A DNA stretch of 64,000 nt from Chitinophagales bacterium (GTDB lineage: Bacteria > Bacteroidota > Bacteroidia > Chitinophagales > Chitinophagaceae): positions 43-64,042 of the forward strand of contig JBBQVY010000001.1 of NCBI GenBank assembly GCA_038211085.1, in the 5' to 3' direction. Numbering within the stretch: the first letter of the stretch is position 1; each line of letters starts with the position of its first letter. The translations under genes and the position numbers were made by a program. A model generated the notes under the pieces. That model saw only the letters and a list, made by a program, of their open reading frames with translations. It had not been told where the DNA came from and made no database searches. Positions 55,822 through 64,000 of this stretch are shown here, one piece after another.

Positions 55822-57747
55822 ATGAGCAAAACAAATTTTCTCTTCACCGTATTTATTTGCTGTGCGTTTATTACCTCAGCACAAACCGACACCTTAAAGG
55901 GCAATGTAGACCCTGTTGTAATTACTGCTAACAAATATGAGCAAAAACAAAGCACTACAGGTAAAGTAATTACAGTAATCGACAAAGAACAACTTACAAA
56001 AAGCACTGGCAAAACCTTATCCCAGGTTTTAAACGAACAAGCCGGGCTTGTAATTAATGGTGCGCTCAACAATTATGGCAGTGTACAAACTGTTTACATG
56101 CGTGGGGCATCTTCAGGCCGCACTTTAATTTTGTTAGATGGCATACCAGTAAATGATCCCTCCATGATCAATAATGAATTTGATTTGAACCTGTTTTCAC
56201 TCGACAATGTTGAGCGGATAGAAATATGTAAAGGTGCTCAGTCAACCTTATATGGCTCCGATGCCATTGGAGGAGTGATAAATGTAATAACAGCAAACGC
56301 GGAGGCGAAAAAACCATTTAATGTAAAAGCATCATTAAGTGGTGGCAGCCTGGGTACATTTAAAGCCAATACCCAGCTTTATGGCAAAAAAGGGAAGTTT
56401 GATTATTCGGCCAGGTATTCACGTCTTACGACGAAAGGCTTTTCTGCAGCATACGACAGCACCGGCAATAAAAATTTTGACAGGGATGAATACAGTGGTA
56501 ATATGGTAAATGCCCAGGTAAAATTCCAGGCTACTGATCAGTTGTCATTTCGCTCTTTCTTAATGTACAGTCAATACAAAGCAGCCATAGACGCAGGTGT
56601 TTTTGCTGATGAAAAGGATTACAACATCAACAACAATAACTTTTCTACCGGAGTCGGTTTCAATTTTAAAAAAGACTTTTTAACCCTTGCCGGTACCTAC
56701 CAGTATAGCCAGGTAAACAGGACTTATATTAACGACAGCAGCTTTAAAACCAGTACTATTTTTGAGGACAATCAATATTTTGGAAAAACACAGTTTGTAG
56801 AGTTGTATGCAGCTATTAATCTTGGCTCTGGCTTTACACTTTTGCAGGGTGCCGATTTTAGGTATTCATCTTACAACCAGCAATATAAATCGGTTAGCAT
56901 TTATGGGCCGTATTCAAGTGCATTTAATGATACCTCGCTTAGCCAAAGCGGCTTATACGCAAGTCTCAACTATGCCAGCTCCAACCAAAAATTTACAGTT
57001 GAAATGGGTGGCAGAATCAACACCCATTCAAGGTATGGAAACAACAATACTTACACATTTAACCCTGCATATGCATTAAGCAAACAGGTAAGGGTTTTTG
57101 GAAGTATTGCCAGCGGCTTTAAGGCTCCCACCCTATACCAGTTAAGCATCAACAGCCTGTTGTCTCCCGAAAAATCGATCAATTATGAGGGTGGTATTCA
57201 ATACCTCCACAAGAAAATCAACAGTAGGTTGGTATACTTCGATCGTCACATCAATAATGGAATCGATTATAATTATATCACTTATAAATATTTCAATTAT
57301 ATAAAACAGGTTGTTCAGGGCATTGAATACGAATTGTCGGCGGAGTTGGGCAGCGTAGTAAACTTAACTGCAAATTACACATACCTGCATCCTAAAGAAA
57401 CCACACAAAATCGCATCACAAACAAAGACACCCTAACTTACAATTACCTGCTACGGCGTCCAAATCATAATGTAAACCTTACGTTAGGTTGGCAGGCAAC
57501 GCCCGCATTATATATTTCATTAACGGGCAAATATGTAAGTAACAGGTTCGATGTAGGAGGTTATGCAAAAAAAGATGTTCAACTGGACCATTATTTTATT
57601 GCAGGTGCAAATGCCAGTTACATCCTAAATAAACATTTTACATTTTTTGCCAATGCCCAAAATTTCACTAACAAAAAGTTTTTTGACGTTCGGGGCTACA
57701 ATTCCATTCCCCCAATTATAAACGCAGGCATAACTGCAAATTGGTAG
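55822..57747 (+). CDS. btuB: TonB-dependent vitamin B12/corrinoid receptor
   Basis: Signal peptide, TonB box DPVVITA, plug plus barrel, about 640 aa, aromatic C terminus (TANW), preceded by a B12 riboswitch. Confidence 0.85.
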   Translation: MSKTNFLFTVFICCAFITSAQTDTLKGNVDPVVITANKYEQKQSTTGKVITVIDKEQLTKSTGKTLSQVLNEQAGLVINGALNNYGSVQTVYMRGASSGRTLILLDGIPVNDPSMINNEFDLNLFSLDNVERIEICKGAQSTLYGSDAIGGVINVITANAEAKKPFNVKASLSGGSLGTFKANTQLYGKKGKFDYSARYSRLTTKGFSAAYDSTGNKNFDRDEYSGNMVNAQVKFQATDQLSFRSFLMYSQYKAAIDAGVFADEKDYNINNNNFSTGVGFNFKKDFLTLAGTYQYSQVNRTYINDSSFKTSTIFEDNQYFGKTQFVELYAAINLGSGFTLLQGADFRYSSYNQQYKSVSIYGPYSSAFNDTSLSQSGLYASLNYASSNQKFTVEMGGRINTHSRYGNNNTYTFNPAYALSKQVRVFGSIASGFKAPTLYQLSINSLLSPEKSINYEGGIQYLHKKINSRLVYFDRHINNGIDYNYITYKYFNYIKQVVQGIEYELSAELGSVVNLTANYTYLHPKETTQNRITNKDTLTYNYLLRRPNHNVNLTLGWQATPALYISLTGKYVSNRFDVGGYAKKDVQLDHYFIAGANASYILNKHFTFFANAQNFTNKKFFDVRGYNSIPPIINAGITANW

Positions 57748-57749
57748 TA

Positions 57750-58478
57750 ATGGATAGTAAACCTTACAAAACGTTTTGCAACTGGAGTGGCGGAAAGGAT
57801 AGTGCACTGGCCTGCTATTATGCAATGCAGGACAATCAATATTCAATAGAAATACTGGTAACAAATATTGAGCACGACAGCCAGCGCATTTCTATGCACG
57901 GGGTACCCGAAAAATTGCTCGATTTGCAGGCGGCTGCTATGGGTATTTACTTACAAAAGCTCAGGCTTCCCTCTCAGCCCTCTATGCATGATTATGAAAC
58001 AATAATTTCGTGCAGCCTGCAGTCATTAAAAAATGAAGCGTACACACATAATATTTTTGGAGACATTTTTCTGGAAGATTTAAAACGATACCGCGAAACC
58101 TCATTGAAGACTTATGGCATAAAAGCGATATTTCCTCTTTGGAAAAAGGATACACACATACTCTTGCAATCGTTTCTCGACCTGGGTTTTAAAGCTGTTG
58201 TAGTATGTGTAGAGGCATCAAAGCTCGACAAAAGTTTTGCAGGCAGAATTATAGATAACAATTTTATAAAAGATCTGCCTGCAGGTGTTGATCCCTCCGG
58301 GGAAAATGGCGAGTTTCACACATTCGTTTTTGATGGGCCAATCTTTCAAAAGCCTGTATCATATACATTGGGTGAGTATTATTTTAAGGAACTGAAAGCC
58401 CCTGCTAATCTTTCAAAGGGATCAATCGGCAGCAACGAAAAAATGGGTTTTTGGTATAGAGATATCCATCCCTGCTAA
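57750..58478 (+). CDS. PP-loop ATP pyrophosphatase of the MJ0570 / Dph6 (diphthine-ammonia ligase) family
   Basis: The PP-loop motif WSGGKDS lies near the N terminus. GENGEFHTFV lies in the C-terminal half. ATG 57750 is 2 nt after the btuB stop. Confidence 0.75.
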   Translation: MDSKPYKTFCNWSGGKDSALACYYAMQDNQYSIEILVTNIEHDSQRISMHGVPEKLLDLQAAAMGIYLQKLRLPSQPSMHDYETIISCSLQSLKNEAYTHNIFGDIFLEDLKRYRETSLKTYGIKAIFPLWKKDTHILLQSFLDLGFKAVVVCVEASKLDKSFAGRIIDNNFIKDLPAGVDPSGENGEFHTFVFDGPIFQKPVSYTLGEYYFKELKAPANLSKGSIGSNEKMGFWYRDIHPC

Positions 58479-58516
58479 GGTTATTCATTATTTGGTAAAG
58501 CATCTGTACTATTCAG

Positions 58517-59122
58517 ATGTTTTACTTTTACAAAAACCATTTAATGAACTTTGACCTACAACAGTTTTTAACCGTCAGCTTTACTTTGTTTGCGGTTATT
58601 GATGCAATTGGTTCCATCCCGCTTTTTATTGCATTGAAGTATAAAATGGGTGGAATTAATGCATTTAAAGCAACAGCTATTTCCGGGTTGTTTATGGTGG
58701 GCTTTCTATTTGTTGGTGAGGCTTTTCTTCGTTTACTGGGGGTTACCGTCAACTCTTTTGCAGTGGGTGGTTCCATAGTTATATTTCTTTTAGGGTTAGA
58801 AATGGTTTTGGGTCATGAAATATTTAAAAGCGAGAAAAATGCCAAGGCGGGTACTGTTGTTCCCATAGCCTTTCCTGTTATTGCAGGTTCCGGTACACTA
58901 ACTACTGTCATGTCTTTAAAGGCCAATTTTGGTGAATTAAACATCCTTCTTGGTATATTGGTGAACCTGGTTTTGGTTTATATAGTTTTAAAATCTCTTA
59001 CGCTTATCGAAAGGGCACTAGGGGAGGCTGGCCTGATAGCAGTACGAAAATTTTTCGGTGTTATTTTACTGGCGATAGCAGTTAAGATATTCGGAAGTAA
59101 TATATCAGGTTTTGCAAGGTAA
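58517..59122 (+). CDS. MarC-family (UPF0056) integral membrane protein
   Basis: FTLFAVIDAIGSIPLFIAL N terminus, six hydrophobic segments, about 195 aa. An alternative start is ATG 58544. Confidence 0.75.
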   Translation: MFYFYKNHLMNFDLQQFLTVSFTLFAVIDAIGSIPLFIALKYKMGGINAFKATAISGLFMVGFLFVGEAFLRLLGVTVNSFAVGGSIVIFLLGLEMVLGHEIFKSEKNAKAGTVVPIAFPVIAGSGTLTTVMSLKANFGELNILLGILVNLVLVYIVLKSLTLIERALGEAGLIAVRKFFGVILLAIAVKIFGSNISGFAR

Positions 59123-59274
59123 CCGTTACATTTGCCACCCTTATAAAGCTCTTTTCAGAATAGTGTTTGATTGCAGGCGGAAGCTTACAATTCATAGTTG
59201 TGTTTATTTGAATGCAGTATATCGGAACACCAGTGAACGTTGAAAGTTTGTGGCAGCCAATTACAGTCACTTAT

Positions 59275-59349
59275 GGCCTCGTAGTACAATGGATAGTATA
59301 AGAGTTTCCGAAGCTCCAGATCCAGGTTCGATTCCTGGCGAGGCCACCA
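59275..59349 (+). tRNA. tRNA-Arg (anticodon CCG), CCA encoded
   Basis: Manual cloverleaf: acceptor GGCCTCG/CGAGGCC, D stem GTAC/GTAT, anticodon loop TTCCGAA, T arm CCAGG-TTCGATT-CCTGG, discriminator A plus CCA. Confidence 0.9.
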
Positions 59350-59439
59350 TTGAATATTCAAATTGATAAAACACTAAATACTGACTAACTATCTTATTTG
59401 CCCGGCCAAATAAATAACAGTTTTACTATTGGTTTTAAT

Positions 59440-59691
59440 ATGGGAATAAAAATAAAATACCGTGCATTCTCACTTTCCATACAGTTTATGGGTATTGATT
59501 ACGTTGGTACAATTACTCCTATAACCCATGATAACCTACAAGAAGGGTTGCCCACAGAATTTAGTGTGGTATTGAATGGAAGTTTCAGGGGGATATTTAC
59601 TGTATACAAAACCACATGGCAAAGTACGTTACTTGAAAATGACTTACTTGTTAGTGAAATTGGAAAAAAGATTTATAATTATTATGAATGA
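59440..59691 (+). CDS. Small hypothetical protein (83 aa)
   Basis: ATG 59440 (MGIKIKYRAF...). No recognisable family. AT-rich surroundings. Confidence 0.35.
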   Translation: MGIKIKYRAFSLSIQFMGIDYVGTITPITHDNLQEGLPTEFSVVLNGSFRGIFTVYKTTWQSTLLENDLLVSEIGKKIYNYYE

Positions 59692-59828
59692 GTAGCGTTT
59701 ATAAATTCCAACTTTTAAAATAAAATTTTTAATATTTTTTACACATTATTACATTATATAAATTCATTTGTTAATTTGTGGCAACGATTGTTTTCCTGCT
59801 TGTCATTTATCAACACTAAAACAACCTT

Positions 59829-60020
59829 ATGAACTTAGAAAAACTTGAAGCACTAATCAAAAATATGTCTAAGGACCAATATTTGAAATTTGAAGGTGCA
59901 GTATTCGAACTTTTACAGGAAAATAATTTATTTACCGGCACCGAGTTGGAGCTTATAGAAAAGAGAGTTCAACAGACAAAGCATTTGGAAAGAGAAAAAG
60001 TTTTAATGACTAACAATTAA
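59829..60020 (+). CDS. Small helical hypothetical protein (63 aa)
   Basis: Clean ATG ORF followed by a strong intrinsic terminator. No recognisable family. Confidence 0.45.
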   Translation: MNLEKLEALIKNMSKDQYLKFEGAVFELLQENNLFTGTELELIEKRVQQTKHLEREKVLMTNN

Positions 60021-60040
60021 AAATTTCAATAAAAAAATTA

Positions 60041-60067
60041 GACAGCCACACGTGGCTGTTTTTTTGT
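60041..60067 (+). terminator. Rho-independent terminator
   Basis: acagcca-cacg-tggctgt stem followed by an 8-T run. Confidence 0.8.
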
Positions 60068-60380
60068 GCCCAATAGTGAAAATATAACATTAAAATATTA
60101 ATTATATAATATTAAGATCATAAAATACTGTACATAATAGAAATAAAAGCAAATTTTAAACATATTAGTAAAATTTACATATTTATGTATTATTTGGACA
60201 TAATGTAAATAATGTCCTGAAAATCCCTGTGACTAAGGGTTACAACTCTTTTTGCAGTTTTAGAAGTCATTAAAATTGAGAAAAGATGGAAAAAGTGAGT
60301 ACTGAATAAATCTTAAGTTTGTTCTATAAACATCGAAAGATACTCTTCTAAAGAAATTCGAAGATTTTCATATGGCAAGC

Positions 60381-60426
60381 AATCGTTAAAGGTCGCTCCG
60401 TTTCCACGGAGGGACCATTTTTTTTA
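60381..60426 (+). terminator. Orphan rho-independent terminator with no tracked gene upstream
   Basis: ggtcgctccg-tttcca-cggagggacc (one mismatch), followed by A and an 8-T run. Confidence 0.7.
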
Positions 60427-60488
60427 AATTATATCAGTAGCGTACTTAATCAAGGGAATTACAGGCCCAACTATTATTGGTAAATCAA

Positions 60489-61421
60489 TCAGCCATATTT
60501 CTTCAGATAGGAAAACAGACGGTCCACATCATTCTTTTTACATAATTCAGTTCCTGAATTCATAGTGGTTGCCGTACCTGCCGCTACGCCAAAACGCAAA
60601 ACGTCCTGCCATTTATATCCGTTTAACATTGCTAACACCATACCAGCTACCATAGTATCTCCTGCCCCAACTGTACTCTTTTTGCGAACTGCGGGACTTG
60701 GACAATTAAATATTGCGTCCTTAGTTACTAAAGATGCACCGGACGCACCCATGGAAACAACTATTACTTCTGCTCCTCCCTTTTCTATAATTGAACGGGC
60801 CGAAGTCACAACATCGTCACCATTTAATTCCTCCACACCGTTCAGCATGCTCAACTCACCCAGGTTAGGTTTTATCATATAGACACCCTCATTAATAGCC
60901 TTACGTAAGGGCTCCCCAGAGGTATCTACAATTAGCTTTGTATTGTTATTTTTGCATATATCTGCCAGGGTAGAGAAAAAATCATCATCGACACCGTCTG
61001 GCAAACTTCCGCTGGCAACTACATACTCCACATCTTTCATTTCATTTAGTAACGAAAAAAAATGTTCCAGTTCCCGGGGTTTAATTGTAGGTCCGGGCAT
61101 ACCAAAGCGGTATTGAAGATTGTTAGATTCATCCACGACTATCATATTTTCCCTTGTCTGTTGAGCTATTGGAACTACCACAGATTCTATCCCCTCCAGC
61201 TCGAGTAAAGAAGTAAAAAACTTACCGCTATACCCCCCTGCAAAATAAATAGCTGTTGACTCTCCTCCCAACTTTTTGATAGCCCGGCTTACATTTACAC
61301 CTCCCCCACCCGGTTCAAATTTTGGTTCGGCACACCTTAGTTTTTTTTCAGGAACAATACCTTTTACAGATGTGCTCTTATCTATGGAAGGATTTAATGT
61401 TATCGTGACAATTTTTTGCAT
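60489..61421 (-). CDS. PfkB-family sugar kinase (1-phosphofructokinase / tagatose-6-phosphate kinase type)
   Basis: TLNPSIDK N terminus, GGGGVNVSR, and the C-terminal VGAGDTMVAG anion-hole motif. Confidence 0.85.
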   Translation of the reverse strand: MQKIVTITLNPSIDKSTSVKGIVPEKKLRCAEPKFEPGGGGVNVSRAIKKLGGESTAIYFAGGYSGKFFTSLLELEGIESVVVPIAQQTRENMIVVDESNNLQYRFGMPGPTIKPRELEHFFSLLNEMKDVEYVVASGSLPDGVDDDFFSTLADICKNNNTKLIVDTSGEPLRKAINEGVYMIKPNLGELSMLNGVEELNGDDVVTSARSIIEKGGAEVIVVSMGASGASLVTKDAIFNCPSPAVRKKSTVGAGDTMVAGMVLAMLNGYKWQDVLRFGVAAGTATTMNSGTELCKKNDVDRLFSYLKKYG

Positions 61422-61434
61422 AAATATTGTTTGG

Positions 61435-62586
61435 TTATCTAAACAGTTCCTGTAGTGCAGCCTTCATAAAAACCTTTGATGGAACACTGCCCATTATGTT
61501 TAACTCATCCTCCAAAGAGCTTTCGTTATCCAAAAAACGTAATACCCTCGCAGGTTCATTTTTCTTAAACAAGTCGGCAAACACCCGGTCTCCACCCAGT
61601 TTGTTATGAGTTAAAATATTCAGAAGTGTACTATCGTATAACCTGAACCTTTTATCAAACAAACCAGTATTACTGATGGGTTTTTCGTTCTTCAATAAAT
61701 GTTCAGTAATCCTTTTTGCATGCTTTTGGATGAAATTAAAAGTATACCCACTGCTTGCTTTAGTTTGTCCACCTGCGGTACCAACATTAATAATCCTGCC
61801 TTCATGGGTAGGGAAATTGATATTCGTCATTGGGATGATGCCAAATTCTTCTTCGATTATTTTATACTCTGCTAAAGATAAAAATTGACGGATATAATCA
61901 CCTAAGGCTATATCATATTCCTGCCTGGGTAAAGTATCGCCGGTAAATAAAGTATATTCTACAAGGGCTCTATTTGGCGATAAGGGCAATACATAAACAA
62001 AGGTAGTACCATGCTTTTGGCTAACTCTAAAATCCATTAATGTTGCCTTACCATCTTCAAAAACAGGCTCCGTGGTTTCAATCAACCAGCCTTTAAAATG
62101 TTGAAGTAAATAATATTTTTCTTTCGGTACAGAGGGCTGATGAAACATAATACTATTGAACACATAATCAGCCTGGAAGGATTCGCCATCAACAATAACC
62201 CGTGCTGTACTTACATCGTTTGCAAGGGCCTCAACATTGCCGGTCGCAAAACCAATATTGGGTCTTGATGCTGCTTTATCCAACACATAGTTATAAAAAT
62301 CTATACCCCTTATCATTTTATAGGTGTAGGGCTGCAGATGTAAAAGACCTGAATAATAATTGGAATAAAAGTGCACCTGCTTCCAGCTATGATGAACTAT
62401 CGGCTCAAAAAGGCCAGGTTGCTGCTCCCAAAAACACCAGGTGCGATCGTTGACATTTTTCTTTTCTTTATCTACCATCAGGATGGACTTATTATCAAAT
62501 GCCTTGTTGTGCATAAGGTTCATTAACAAGCTTAAACCTGCCGCACCTGAACCACATATAATATAATCGTACGTTTTCAATAACAA
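61435..62586 (-). CDS. Lycopene cyclase family flavoprotein (CrtY-like)
   Basis: FAD motif YDYIICGSGAAGLSL, with DRTWCFW, LQHFKGW, MDFRVSQ, EEFGIIPM and GTAGGQTKASSGYTF segments typical of the family. Confidence 0.7.
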   Translation of the reverse strand: MLLKTYDYIICGSGAAGLSLLMNLMHNKAFDNKSILMVDKEKKNVNDRTWCFWEQQPGLFEPIVHHSWKQVHFYSNYYSGLLHLQPYTYKMIRGIDFYNYVLDKAASRPNIGFATGNVEALANDVSTARVIVDGESFQADYVFNSIMFHQPSVPKEKYYLLQHFKGWLIETTEPVFEDGKATLMDFRVSQKHGTTFVYVLPLSPNRALVEYTLFTGDTLPRQEYDIALGDYIRQFLSLAEYKIIEEEFGIIPMTNINFPTHEGRIINVGTAGGQTKASSGYTFNFIQKHAKRITEHLLKNEKPISNTGLFDKRFRLYDSTLLNILTHNKLGGDRVFADLFKKNEPARVLRFLDNESSLEDELNIMGSVPSKVFMKAALQELFR

Positions 62587-62663
62587 TATTTATCAATTTT
62601 AAAGTTAAGGCTACTGGTATAAGCCACGGCAAATGTTTTTGATCACCAATTTTTTATTCAATG

Positions 62664-62696
62664 AAAACGCCGCTAACTATAAAGAAAAGCGGCGCT
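62664..62696 (-). terminator. Intrinsic terminator after the TonB-receptor gene
   Basis: The cgccgct...agcggcg 7-bp stem is followed on the minus strand by TTTT. Confidence 0.5.
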
Positions 62697-62718
62697 TAAA
62701 AAAATACTGTAAGGTTGG

Positions 62719-64000
62719 TTAGTTAAAAAGATACCTGATACCTAACTGACCTTGCCAACGCGATAAAATATTTGTATTATCCTGGAAGCTGTTTGTAAAA
62801 GGAATTTGATTAGTAGCATCCTGGTATATGAAAGAATAACGTGGTTTACCCAAATTTGCATCGCCAGGTGCTGTAACCAATCCTTCATATTTAAGGAAAC
62901 TGGCAGCATTCTGACTTGAATTAAATGGAGTAGCAAATGTTTTTGCAATACCCCAATTCTTGCTTACAAAGTTGCCTACATTAATCATGTCAAACGTAAC
63001 ACGTAATGTATGCTTGGTCTTTCCTTTCTGAATGTAGAAATCCTGGGTAACATTCATATCCAGATGTTTGAAGATAGGCAGCACTACTGCATTACGCTCA
63101 GCAACCTGCCCTCTATGTGTACTCATATAGAGATCCTGGTTGATAAAGTTGTTTAACTGGCCCCATATCTGGTTTGGAGTACGGGTGTCTGTAATGGTTC
63201 CACCTCCTGTATTAACAGGCACCAATACAATTTCGCTTTGGTTTTGGGGAATGTAGATCAGGTCGTTGTTTCCACCGGTACCATCATTGTTAACATCACC
63301 ACTGTATGTATAAGAACCTGCACTTGAAAAACCACTGGTTGAAGGTGCTGCTTCAAACACAAAACCTACGGATGTTGCGTAGTTCTTACCATATGCAAAA
63401 CGGTAACTTGACTGGCCAATGATCCTGTATGGCTGATAAAAGTTGGCATAACCCAATTCTGCTGCATTTGGATCGCTGCTAACCGGGCGATCTCTCCAGT
63501 TGCTTGCAGCAATAGAACCACCGTCATTCAAACTTCTAACTCTGCTGTAGGTATAGGCCACACTATAAAACATTTTAGGAGTAGAGCGTTGTAATTGAAA
63601 AGTCAATATTTCAGAATGTCCTTTGCTATAATTCTTCATTAAAATAGCATTGGTAATATTAGGACTGCTAACTGAATTTCCACCCTGTGCAGCAGGTATG
63701 CTACCATAAATACGGTTTGTATTATACCTGATCCTGTTATCTGGACCCACCAAAGCGGTACCGGTTGCCGGAAGGTTTACATTCTCAAAATTTACAGCAT
63801 GCAAGTCTTTGGAGTAAGAGAACTCAGCTGTGAAAATAAAATCGTGTGGCAATTTTTGATCGACAGCCAAACTTGTTTTTAACACCTGCGGATATTTGAA
63901 ATCCTTATCGGTAAACACAAGGTTGTAAGATTTATTTTCACCACCTGTGGGGCGATTAGCATTAACATCGGCACTGAACACATAAGGCTTACCGGTAGCA
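62719..64000 (-). CDS. TonB-dependent receptor, C-terminal barrel portion; the gene continues beyond the right edge
   Basis: The frame stays open upstream of the track start (the GTG at 63981) through to position 64000. Beta-barrel strand pattern with a terminal LGIRYLFN. Confidence 0.75.
   Translation of the reverse strand, partial: ATGKPYVFSADVNANRPTGGENKSYNLVFTDKDFKYPQVLKTSLAVDQKLPHDFIFTAEFSYSKDLHAVNFENVNLPATGTALVGPDNRIRYNTNRIYGSIPAAQGGNSVSSPNITNAILMKNYSKGHSEILTFQLQRSTPKMFYSVAYTYSRVRSLNDGGSIAASNWRDRPVSSDPNAAELGYANFYQPYRIIGQSSYRFAYGKNYATSVGFVFEAAPSTSGFSSAGSYTYSGDVNNDGTGGNNDLIYIPQNQSEIVLVPVNTGGGTITDTRTPNQIWGQLNNFINQDLYMSTHRGQVAERNAVVLPIFKHLDMNVTQDFYIQKGKTKHTLRVTFDMINVGNFVSKNWGIAKTFATPFNSSQNAASFLKYEGLVTAPGDANLGKPRYSFIYQDATNQIPFTNSFQDNTNILSRWQGQLGIRYLFN

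Noticed and set aside
55674-56072. ORFs 55674..55931 (+) and 55707..56072 (-) upstream of and over the btuB start
   Set aside because: They overlap the cobalamin riboswitch expression platform and the btuB signal-peptide region. The riboswitch plus btuB reading explains the sequence fully.
59275-60488. tRNA-Arg-flanking islet as an intact integrative element
   Set aside because: There is no integrase or recombinase, and by eye I found no direct repeat of the tRNA 3' end downstream. At most it is a decayed remnant, and it is reported only as a finding.
61435-62586. Lycopene cyclase family gene as part of a carotenoid cluster
   Set aside because: No crtB, crtI or crtZ lies nearby, and its neighbour is a sugar kinase. 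This may simply be a dispersed pigment gene, with nothing further to support a finding.

Overview
This is a chromosomal window from a Bacteroidota genome. The phylum call rests on T9SS PorP/SprF and DUF5103 genes, BatB/BatC, long-form IspG, CarboxypepD_reg-type TonB receptors and TAnnTTTG -7 promoter boxes. Finer taxonomy cannot be set from the sequence alone. GC looks moderately low by eye. All calls come from reading the ORF translations and the DNA; no database search was possible. There are about 50 protein genes, mostly housekeeping or envelope functions. They include a POT peptide transporter, a DUF1800/DUF1501 pair, an AlkB-like hydroxylase, korA, nadB, ispG, BatB/BatC, a class D beta-lactamase and kbl. 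There are also two ECF sigma/anti-sigma modules, an OmpR/PhoR-type two-component pair, LolE-like, Gfo/Idh/MocA, TrmH and TamA-like genes. The rest include an LpxH-like/GT/GH1 operon, two TonB-dependent receptors, DUF47-Pit, galE, PfkB kinase and a lycopene-cyclase family protein. Three RNA elements are invisible to the ORF track: SRP RNA (about 32122-32222), a cobalamin riboswitch (about 55525-55700) and tRNA-Arg(CCG) (59275-59349). I saw no CRISPR array, rRNA, transposase, integrase or recognisable defence gene, and I cannot point to a clear-cut new multi-gene system. The items most worth a second look are listed here. (1) A family of heptanucleotide-periodic, strand-asymmetric intergenic tracts at five or more loci, in places running into the 3' ends of genes. 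(2) A B12-riboswitch operon joining btuB to a Dph6-like PP-loop ATPase and a MarC-family membrane protein. (3) A block of secreted tail-fibre-like repeat proteins divergent from an orphan PorP/SprF gene. (4) A 721-aa secreted protein with a possible C-terminal His/Cys dyad. (5) An untracked 40-codon Lys-rich two-Cys ORF. (6) An in-frame GC-rich hairpin element inside ispG. (7) An AT-rich islet beside tRNA-Arg with an orphan terminator. Several ORF-track starts are TTG/GTG extensions, and I moved those to the first plausible ATG.
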